A stretch of 32,000 bases of DNA from Candidatus Caldarchaeales archaeon (GCA_032249095.1 JAVVGN010000011.1:6434-38433), one strand, 5' to 3'; counted from the stretch's first letter, positions 25,281 through 32,000 are shown. Notes: a model not told the origin generated them from the sequence alone. Translations and numbers: made by a program.

Positions 25281-25388
25281 GATAGTGTCCAAATAACGGG
25301 TTTATATAGCTGGGGCCCTCCTGAAATAGCCTCGCGAGTAGAAATAGACTACGTAGGACAGTATTTAAAGCCTTATTTGGACACTATC
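25281..25388. mobile_element. 108-bp MITE derived from the IS6-like element
   Basis: GATAGTGTCCAAATAA (25281-25296) and CTTATTTGGACACTATC (25372-25388) are the IS termini in inverted orientation, with no coding capacity between them. Confidence 0.8.
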
Positions 25389-25810
25389 GTTGGCCACTAT
25401 TTTCTGCCTGGTGTCTAAATGTTCATGTATCGTCCCTAACTTCGTTCTGTATATAGTTGGATGAGGGCGAGACCAACACACTTGGCCGCAGAGGGCTGTG
25501 GCCGGCTGCGTGTCGAGTCTGATGTTGGATGGTCGCCGGCAGCGGGGAAAAACCCCAGAAGTATACACACCGGGGGCTGACGTATTTTAATCGATTCTCC
25601 GGCGGGCTGCTGCCTTATAATCCCGGTGTCTGGGGTTCCTAGGCTTGCTGCCAGGGTCATATAGACTAACCAACCCCTCCCCCACTTTTCCCATGTTTAA
25701 TCTTATACTCCAAACTCCATAACCACGCCAGTTGTGAAATAGCAGACCCCCAAAACAATATTTAAAGCCTTATCCAGAAACGACCGAGGGGTGAGTGAGA
25801 GTGGTGGTTT

Positions 25811-26650
25811 ATGAAACTTAGGGTAGCGCTCGCCCAAATCTCAACCCGGATAGGTGATCTGGAGGGTAACAAGGAGAAGCATCTCAGCTACATCAGGTTG
25901 GCGAAGAGGGAGGGGGCGGACCTCGTGGTGTTCCCCGAGCTCTCCCTTACGGGGTACCTCCTCAAAGACTTGGCCTATGAGGTACCCAAACACTGCGCCG
26001 CCGCCATCCAGGAGCTGGCGAGCGAATGCATAGACACCCATGCCGTCGTGGGATTTGTCCACGAGGTTAGGCCGGGGATAGTGTGTAACGCGGCGGCGGT
26101 GCTGGGCCAAGGAAAGGTCAGATGCGTCGTCCCCAAGTTCTATCTCCCCACCTATGGGCTCTTTGAGGAAGGGAGGTACTTCAAGCCCGGAGACCCCCTC
26201 CGGGACCTGAAGGTCGTGGACGCAGGCTTCGGGACCTTCGGGGTCCTCATCTGCGAGGACTTGTGGCACCCCGAGCCCGCCGAGGCTTTGGCCCTGATGG
26301 GTGCGGAGGTGATCGTCTGTATAGCCTCCTCGCCGCTCAGAGGGCTTAACAGGCCGATCGGGGAGAGGCCCTGGATAGACCACGCTTGGAGTGCACTCAC
26401 GACTTCGGCTGCCCTGATGTATGGCGTTCACGTCGTGTTCGTCAACAGGGTGGGGCATGAGGACGAGGAGTTCTTCTGGGGAGGGTCGAGGATAGTGGCG
26501 CCCGATGGCGTCGAGAGATGTAGCTGCAGCATCATGGATGAGGACTTTAAAATATGCGAGGTAGACCTATCCGAAAACACTAGGGCGAGGAGATTCAGCT
26601 CCTTCAGGATACACCTGCGCGACTTCCACCGAGCACTAGCTAGGCTCTGA
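25811..26650 (+). CDS. carbon-nitrogen hydrolase (nitrilase superfamily), probable glutaminase partner of NadE
   Basis: The E-K-C triad context is present (VVFPELSLTGY ... VPKFYLP ... GVLICEDLWH). The gene lies 21 nt upstream of nadE on the same strand. Confidence 0.85.
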   Translation: MKLRVALAQISTRIGDLEGNKEKHLSYIRLAKREGADLVVFPELSLTGYLLKDLAYEVPKHCAAAIQELASECIDTHAVVGFVHEVRPGIVCNAAAVLGQGKVRCVVPKFYLPTYGLFEEGRYFKPGDPLRDLKVVDAGFGTFGVLICEDLWHPEPAEALALMGAEVIVCIASSPLRGLNRPIGERPWIDHAWSALTTSAALMYGVHVVFVNRVGHEDEEFFWGGSRIVAPDGVERCSCSIMDEDFKICEVDLSENTRARRFSSFRIHLRDFHRALARL

Positions 26651-26671
26651 AAACAATCTTTAAGCCTCCGA

Positions 26672-27553
26672 GTGGGCAATGTAAACCCAGTGGATGTGGG
26701 GTTGCAGCAGGCGGTCCCGATACCTGAGCTCTCGATAGACGCTGAGGCGGTTACTGCCTACCTCACGAGGAGGCTCAGGGACTACGTCGTGGATTATGCC
26801 GGCAAGAGGGGCGGGGTCCTCGGACTCAGCGGTGGAGTCGACTCGACCACCACGGCCTACCTAGCAGTAAGGGCTCTCGGGAGGGAGAACGTCTACGTAT
26901 ACGCCCTTCCCACTAGGGTGACCCCGCAGAGCGACCTGCGTGATGTAGAGCGCGTCGTGGTGGAGCTGAAGATCCCTCCCTCAAACTTCGAGGTGATAGA
27001 CATCGAGCCGATCGTTGAGGGACTTTCCGCGGCGGCCGGATCTGACGACAAGGTCGTGCGAGGCAACATAGCCGCTAGGGTCCGCATGATAGTTCTGCAC
27101 GCGAAAGCAGCCGTGAACAACTGCCTCGTCATAGGCACCAGCGACAAGTCTGAGCTAACAATAGGATACTTCACAAAGTACGGAGACGCGGGGGTTGATG
27201 TTATGCCGATAGCAGACCTCTACAAGACCCAGGTCAGATACCTCGCGAGTCATCTAGGAGTCCCTCAGGAGATTATACGGAAGCCCCCGTCGCCGGCCCT
27301 CTGGCCCGGACAGACAGCCGAGGGAGAGCTCGGCATCCCATACGAGCTGCTCGACAGCATTCTCTATCTGAGGTTTGACGCGTGGCTCAGCGACGAGGAG
27401 GTGGCCTCCCGCCTCGGCATAGATTTAGGCCTAGTGAGGAGGGTTGTCAGCATGGTTAAGGCAACCCAGCACAAGAGACAGCTCCCCGAGATCTTCAGAC
27501 TCAGCCAGAGGTCCCACGGCTCAGACTGGAGATACCCGCGCGAGTGGCGCTGA
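26672..27553 (+). CDS. nadE: NAD+ synthetase
   Basis: Evidence is the PP-loop GLSGGVDS, GTSDKSELTIGYFTKYGD and DLYKTQVR. Confidence 0.9.
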   Translation: MGNVNPVDVGLQQAVPIPELSIDAEAVTAYLTRRLRDYVVDYAGKRGGVLGLSGGVDSTTTAYLAVRALGRENVYVYALPTRVTPQSDLRDVERVVVELKIPPSNFEVIDIEPIVEGLSAAAGSDDKVVRGNIAARVRMIVLHAKAAVNNCLVIGTSDKSELTIGYFTKYGDAGVDVMPIADLYKTQVRYLASHLGVPQEIIRKPPSPALWPGQTAEGELGIPYELLDSILYLRFDAWLSDEEVASRLGIDLGLVRRVVSMVKATQHKRQLPEIFRLSQRSHGSDWRYPREWR

Positions 27554-27660
27554 GTCTACCCTAGTCGGCGTAATTGCGGCTATAAGTATATTTTTTGCGG
27601 GTCTTCGACGTAAAGATCTTTATATTTTGGGGCAGTAGTGGGCTATTGCGCGATGTTGGC

Positions 27661-27792
27661 ATGAGGACTGTATATAATTCTGAGGAAGAGGAGTGGGAAG
27701 AGGAGGAGTGGGAAGAGGACTTCGAGGAAGAGGAGGAAGAGTGGGAGGAGGAAGAGTGGGAGGAGGAAGAGGGGGAAGAGGAGGAGATCTGA
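27661..27792 (+). CDS. 43-aa hyper-acidic Trp-repeat peptide
   Basis: The sequence is MRTVYNSEEEEWEEEEWEEDFEEEEEEWEEEEWEEEEGEEEEI. The TATA-like CTTTATATTTT lies at 27618-27628, and an oligo-T tract about 30 nt past the stop. The opposite-strand Ser-rich ORF has neither signal. Confidence 0.45.
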   Translation: MRTVYNSEEEEWEEEEWEEDFEEEEEEWEEEEWEEEEGEEEEI

Positions 27793-27821
27793 GGCTCCTC
27801 GCCCCCAGCCGCTAACCAAGG

Positions 27822-27833
27822 TTTTTTATTTTT
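27822..27833 (+). terminator. oligo-T tract (archaeal-type terminator)
   Basis: TTTTTTATTTTT lies 30 nt downstream of the acidic peptide's stop codon. Confidence 0.45.
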
Positions 27834-27908
27834 CAGGGAGTTTAACCACAAACTTCTTCAAGATGTTTTATGGGGAGAGGAAGCCTGATATAGTAGGGGA
27901 GCTGCGCG

Positions 27909-28376
27909 ATGAGCAGGTATTTGGAGCGCCCCAGGATCAGGGTTAAGCGAGTCTACGATGAACCTACCCCGGATGATGGTTACCGGGTGCTGGTGGATAG
28001 GCTGTGGCCCCGGGGACTCAGCAGGGATAGGGCGCGGATCGACCTCTGGTTGAGGGAGATAGCCCCGAGCAGCGAGCTGAGGACCTGGTTCGCCCACAAG
28101 GCGGAGAGGTTCGGCGAGTTCAGGAGGCGGTACATGGAGGAGCTGAGGGAGAAGGAGAGGCTGGTTCAGCTTCTGCTCAGCAGGGTCGAGGTGGGGGAGA
28201 CGATCACACTCCTCTACAGCGCTAGAGATCCTGAGCACAATAATGCTGTGGTATTGAGAGATTATCTCGAGGAGAGGCTTAAGCAGTTGTGGCCCTCCAG
28301 AATATATAAAAAATATTGTGTGTTGGGATATTGGTTAGACCGTGTATCGCTTCTCCTCCTCTCCCATGAGTTGTAG
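27909..28376 (+). CDS. DUF488 (YeaO-like) protein with about 30-aa C-terminal extension
   Basis: VKRVYDEPTPDDGYRVLVDRLWPRGLSRDRARIDLWLREIAPSSELRTWFAH ... ITLLYSARDPEHNNAVVL follows the YeaO/DUF488 pattern. The tail overlaps convergent ORF 28335..28634 by 42 nt. Confidence 0.8.
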   Translation: MSRYLERPRIRVKRVYDEPTPDDGYRVLVDRLWPRGLSRDRARIDLWLREIAPSSELRTWFAHKAERFGEFRRRYMEELREKERLVQLLLSRVEVGETITLLYSARDPEHNNAVVLRDYLEERLKQLWPSRIYKKYCVLGYWLDRVSLLLLSHEL

Positions 28377-28634
28377 CTTCAGCACCTCTAGGCCCGCTTC
28401 GTTCAGGTCTGTAAATAGCTTGTATGCGATTCTCGCGTTCTCCGTCTGGCCCCTCTCCCTTAGAAGCTTCAATAGGGCCCCCATCTTTGCGAATGCCACG
28501 TATAGGTGTGCGCTGGCTATAAGTAGTGTCGGGTAGTCGTCTAGGCCAGAATCCTCGACTACGGCCTCAAGCCTCTCCGCAAACTCCGCAGTATCCTCCA
28601 CAAACCTGCTCCTCATACTATCCATACCTCTCAC
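28335..28634 (-). CDS. hypothetical helical protein (99 aa)
   Basis: The ORF is charged and helix-prone with three candidate Met starts. It is the last gene of a co-directional run from 29445. I recognised no motif. Confidence 0.45.
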   Translation of the reverse strand: MRGMDSMRSRFVEDTAEFAERLEAVVEDSGLDDYPTLLIASAHLYVAFAKMGALLKLLRERGQTENARIAYKLFTDLNEAGLEVLKLQLMGEEEKRYTV

Positions 28635-28702
28635 GGCTTGATGGCTGGTTCGGGGGGCTTTAAGGAGTTGTGGCCCTCAGTATGGGTCTCAATCCATCGC
28701 TC

Positions 28703-29006
28703 CTATCCAGACGCTCCAACCTTGTTCCTCCCCCTAGTGGCGTATTCTATGGCCCTGCCAAATATTGGTTGGTCATACCTCTCGTCGAACCCTGTATCGT
28801 GGACTAGGGCATACATGTAGAGGTAGTCTGTGAGTCTCTGCCTCTCCTCCTCGGTTCAGGCCCTCGCCGACCCCGCCGCAGAACCCTAACAAGCCCTCCC
28901 TAGCCCCCATGAACCACTCGTCAAACCCCTCCAGCTCCTCGGCGCTCATGCGCCCGACCTTGGCTCTGAAGCGCCTCCTAAGCCTCCCAAAGCTCTCGGC
29001 GCTCAT
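28703..29006 (-). pseudogene. small gene split by a 1-nt frameshift (or two very short ORFs)
   Basis: The track ORF 28773..29006 turns R-rich and junk-like after ...GGVGEGL. A different frame, open from 28855 to stop 28703, reads TEEERQRLTDYLYMYALVHDTGFDERYDQPIFGRAIEYATRGRNKVGASG. Confidence 0.4.
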
Positions 29007-29016
29007 GTCCTACGCC

Positions 29017-29445
29017 TCACAGTAGTGGTATCCCGTTGTAGGTGGGCTTGGCGAAATCGTGTATCAGGGGCGCAAGCATGTAGGTTATCTCTCCGAGCCT
29101 CGTCTCCGACTCGATTATGAGAACCATCTTACTTGTGGCCGAGACCTTAGCCTCTGCCTCCCCATCAACCCTATTCAAGGCATCCAAGAATTGGGCTAGC
29201 AGTTGAGTGTTATACGTGAAGTCGCTGAACTCTACCTCCGTCTTGGCGTCGAGTCTGATCCTCCTGAACCTCCAAGACTCGCCGCCGAATCTGCATCCGA
29301 CGACTCGGACACCGTCCCTGCCTCCCTCAAGTATTACCGAGTCCCCTCCAGCCTCCCTAACGGCCTCCAAGAGCCTTGAGGCCTCTATCCTGAAGCCCGT
29401 AGAGTCCCTGAAGGACGGCTCCCTAAGCCGCTGGGCCTCCCTCAA
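29017..29445 (-). CDS. single-domain PCNA/sliding-clamp-like protein (142 aa)
   Basis: By eye it aligns with the C-terminal domain of archaeal PCNA. FTYNTQLLAQFLDAL corresponds to the S.Y...YL.D..K.L helix. KMVLIIESETRLGEITYMLAPL corresponds to the ...EY....G.L.F.LAPR end. TTG start. The TATA-like GCATATATAGG lies about 45 nt upstream. Confidence 0.5.
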   Translation of the reverse strand: MREAQRLREPSFRDSTGFRIEASRLLEAVREAGGDSVILEGGRDGVRVVGCRFGGESWRFRRIRLDAKTEVEFSDFTYNTQLLAQFLDALNRVDGEAEAKVSATSKMVLIIESETRLGEITYMLAPLIHDFAKPTYNGIPLL

Positions 29446-29564
29446 ATGTGTGTAGTAGCTGGCTGGATAGCCTCGTCCACCCCCTATATATGCGTCCGTG
29501 TAGAGGCCTGGTGCTTTGAAGAGTTCCCATAAGTCTACCCCTCATCTTAATGAGCTAGTCAGGT

Positions 29565-30767
29565 CTAGACTATCCTTGCGTAGTGGGTTAGTAGTTCGGC
29601 TCTTTGCCTACCGACCTGTACAATATCTTCAATTCTAATTCCAAATTTGTTAGGGATATAGACTGCAGGCTCTACGCTATGTACCATCCTTTCATATAGG
29701 TGATGCTTTGAGGCTGAATGTATTGCAGGAATTGGCTCATGTAAATGAACTCCTATTCCATGACCTATCCTGTGTTTTATGAACTCACCATACCCTCTTT
29801 TTCTTAGGACATCAAATGCAGCGTTATTGACTTGTGATGCAGCAACCCCATCTCTAATGATAGATATCGCTTCTTGCTGTGCTTCCAATACAGACTCTAA
29901 TGCCGTCCTGATTTCACTTGATGGTGATCCAACCGTGTAAACCCTAGTCACGTCAGACCAGTATCCATCTGCACAGACATTTAACTCGATCAAGACAGGG
30001 TCGCCCTGACTCAGTATTTTGTTGGTATGAACGTTAAACATTTTGAAGGCGTTTGAGGTACGCTCCCCAGACATGACAAACGCCGTCACTATACATCTTT
30101 CAATTCCTTTATATCCTGTCCCCCTTGCAGTGATTACATGTTCAACATATCCTGCAACCTCTGCCTCAGTTAATCCTGCGGCAATTTTCTCATGGAATGC
30201 ATTAAGCCCGATATCAGTAAGTTCGTTCACAATTCTTAAGATCTCGATCTCCTTTTGGGTTTTAACTGATCTTAGTTCATATAATACATCCGTAAAGTCT
30301 ACGAGGGCTGCTGAATCAAAGGTCCTTCTTAGATGCTCAAGCGTTGGCTGTCCAATTCCCCATGCCTCTCTCCTGTTGAAAGTTGCTGCTATGAATTCAG
30401 CTGAAGCCTCTATTCCTATTCTTACACCGGGTTTGTTTAACCCTCGATCCTCCATAACTAGTGATATAATCTTCATCGACTCCTCAAGATAGTTGCCCAT
30501 CCTATCGATCGTCTCCCATCCATAAGGCCTCACGTCCTTTATCCAGCTCTTCTCGGCATATTCCTCTTCTCCCTGATGCGGAATTATACATGGCTCACCA
30601 TCACGGGGGAATACTAGGTATGAAACGCCAAAAAATGGCCAATAACCGCTTAAGTACAGAACGTTTTCTGGGAGTCTTAAGACAAGAACATCAACGTCAT
30701 ATATATCCATGCTTTCTTTAATCTTTTCAATTTTCTCATAGTCCTTGGAGTAAACTAGGGAATTCAT
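29565..30767 (-). CDS. M24 family peptidase (Xaa-Pro dipeptidase/creatinase-like), low-GC paralogue
   Basis: 400 aa. The M24 metal-ligand blocks are VLIELNVCADGYWSDVTRV, HRIGHGIGVHLHE, VHSVEPA and IRIEDI. A/T-rich codon usage is unlike the core genes. Confidence 0.85.
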   Translation of the reverse strand: MNSLVYSKDYEKIEKIKESMDIYDVDVLVLRLPENVLYLSGYWPFFGVSYLVFPRDGEPCIIPHQGEEEYAEKSWIKDVRPYGWETIDRMGNYLEESMKIISLVMEDRGLNKPGVRIGIEASAEFIAATFNRREAWGIGQPTLEHLRRTFDSAALVDFTDVLYELRSVKTQKEIEILRIVNELTDIGLNAFHEKIAAGLTEAEVAGYVEHVITARGTGYKGIERCIVTAFVMSGERTSNAFKMFNVHTNKILSQGDPVLIELNVCADGYWSDVTRVYTVGSPSSEIRTALESVLEAQQEAISIIRDGVAASQVNNAAFDVLRKRGYGEFIKHRIGHGIGVHLHEPIPAIHSASKHHLYERMVHSVEPAVYIPNKFGIRIEDIVQVGRQRAELLTHYARIV

Positions 30768-31819
30768 TTTAGCTCACCAATGATATTAAGTAGAACCTCG
30801 TCTGAAAAGCTCCCCTTATAAGGGAGGGTGCTACTTTTTCTATCACCATATGTCTCTCTCAAATAAGGAGCTATCCTTTCACCAAGTAGTTTTATGAAGT
30901 TTTCTACCTCACCACTAATCGCGGCAGCGATATGTGTGAAACCAATTTTTATATACTTCTCATAAAAACTGATAACATGTTCTTCAGAATCTGCTACCAA
31001 AAAGTATTTCTCAATTTCTTTTGTAGAGACTTTATTACCGTGACTTTCAATATACCGTGGGTCGTACACACTTAAATCGAAAAATACTGGTAAAAGTGTA
31101 GCTCTCCAAGGAAGGAGCGATTGCAAAGCTCTTTCATAGTCATCATGATGGTAACCCACATGTACTAATAGAGATCTCTCTATTTGTGTTGGGTCTCTCC
31201 CATACTTCTTAGCCGCGTTCTCGAGCGCTGGGAACAATTTAGAGGTGAATAGTGATAGATCGTCTGCTGGCAAAGACATGAAGGCATCCCCTAACATACC
31301 TGCTAATGCGACTCCCTTAACTCCTGTAGAAGCTATATGTATAGGTATTTGAGCGGGGGGTTTATCGAACAGATTTGCCTTGATAATACGATAATATTTC
31401 CCGCTATATGTAACGTAGTTTCGGGTCCATAAGAGCCTTATTATTATCAGCGCTTCTTTAAGCCTCTCGAGCCGTTCATTATGAGTTTGAGGCCAAGCAA
31501 ACCCACAAGGTATCTCGTTCAGCGCTTCACCTGTTCCAACTCCCAAGAAAACCCTGCCAGGATATAAACAAGCTAGTGTGGCAAACGACTGTGCAACGAT
31601 AGGTGGTGGGTATCTAAATAATGGGCAAGTCACGCTAGTTCCCAAAACGACTCTATTGGTCAACGATCCCACAGCAGCTAACACGTGCCATATAAAAACT
31701 CCATGACCACCAGTATCAACCCATGGGTGGAAATGATCAGACCCCCATACAGAGTCTAAACCGTATCTATCTGCAGATACTCCTAGTTTAAGTAGGATAG
31801 GTGCAGCAATATTCTTCAC
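30764..31819 (-). CDS. luciferase-like (LLM class, F420-dependent G6PD-family-like) oxidoreductase; the 5' end appears frameshifted
   Basis: GLDSVWGSDHFHPW and the LLM TIM-barrel pattern support the call. There is a 4-nt overlap with the downstream M24 gene. The probable original start is ATG 31850 in another frame (see findings). Confidence 0.8.
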   Translation of the reverse strand: MKNIAAPILLKLGVSADRYGLDSVWGSDHFHPWVDTGGHGVFIWHVLAAVGSLTNRVVLGTSVTCPLFRYPPPIVAQSFATLACLYPGRVFLGVGTGEALNEIPCGFAWPQTHNERLERLKEALIIIRLLWTRNYVTYSGKYYRIIKANLFDKPPAQIPIHIASTGVKGVALAGMLGDAFMSLPADDLSLFTSKLFPALENAAKKYGRDPTQIERSLLVHVGYHHDDYERALQSLLPWRATLLPVFFDLSVYDPRYIESHGNKVSTKEIEKYFLVADSEEHVISFYEKYIKIGFTHIAAAISGEVENFIKLLGERIAPYLRETYGDRKSSTLPYKGSFSDEVLLNIIGELK

Positions 31820-32000
31820 TTGCCAACACCACGCCTAAGCGAAGAACCATGTTGCTTCGTGAGTGTAGTCAACGCTGGGTTATATATAAATTTTTTTATA
31901 ATGAATGCCTTGTGGCTTAATTCCTGGGCTCTTTCGTCTCTCTTCGCTACCTTTTGGTTATTCCTGTGACGTTTTCGGCTCTCGTCTCAGATTCCCTATA

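Noticed and set aside
25520-25579. Possible C/D box sRNA (TGATGT ... CTGA about 55 nt apart)
   Set aside because: The C box is non-canonical. There are no internal C'/D' boxes and no terminal stem pairing the flanks.
27561-27851. 96-aa - strand ORF with SSSSH poly-serine repeats
   Set aside because: It is the complement of the GAG/GAA tract. It has no TATA-like box or T-tract on that strand and overlaps the nadE 3' end. The + strand acidic peptide has both signals. It remains possible that neither is translated.
1-32000. Scan for tRNA, rRNA, RNase P/SRP RNA hallmarks and CRISPR repeats
   Set aside because: I found no GTTCRAATC-type T-arm with matching acceptor stems, no regularly spaced direct repeats, and no conserved RNase P or SRP motifs by eye. 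Absence cannot be proven without covariance-model tools.

Overview
This 32-kb chromosomal window reads as archaeal, most likely a hyperthermophilic crenarchaeote of the Thermoproteales type. That is an inference from gene content: class V fructose-1,6-bisphosphate aldolase/phosphatase, archaeal DTD2 deacylase, a GPN-loop GTPase + COG1340 coiled-coil + DUF373 + uppS operon, an AbrB-PhoU regulator, an Fe-S uracil-DNA glycosylase, and A/T-rich TATA-like boxes 20-30 nt upstream of start codons. The core is GC-rich housekeeping DNA (60-nt lines I counted are about 60-65% GC): ugd, sugar nucleotidyltransferase, uppS, guaA, two M24 peptidases, dnaJ, fbp, dtdA, and C-N hydrolase + nadE. Several non-core layers sit on top of it. 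(1) A mobile-element graveyard at 2.6-6.7 kb holds an MFS gene stub, a low-GC PEBP gene, and a 713-bp IS6-like element inserted into a decayed IS607-type serine recombinase gene. It also holds a retropepsin-like protease, three copies of a hairpin motif that looks like IS200/605-607 element ends, an acylphosphatase fused to a 21-bp-repeat-encoded heptad array, and a TnpB-like stub fused to an IS fragment. (2) A second, inverted, internally deleted IS copy lies at 12.8-13.4 kb, and a 108-bp MITE derivative at 25.3 kb. (3) A 136-bp near-perfect direct repeat flanks a pepQ-dnaJ-csaA-like segment. (4) A 1.3-kb stretch (19.8-21.1 kb) has only fragmentary ORFs. (5) A patch of small unassigned genes at 27.6-29.5 kb includes a 43-aa hyper-acidic Trp-repeat peptide, DUF488, a frameshifted small gene and a single-domain PCNA-like protein. 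(6) A low-GC (about 40%) block from 29.56 kb to the window end contains a 5'-frameshifted LLM oxidoreductase gene. I recognised no rRNA, tRNA or CRISPR array. All functional calls come from reading motifs by eye; no database search or folding was possible.
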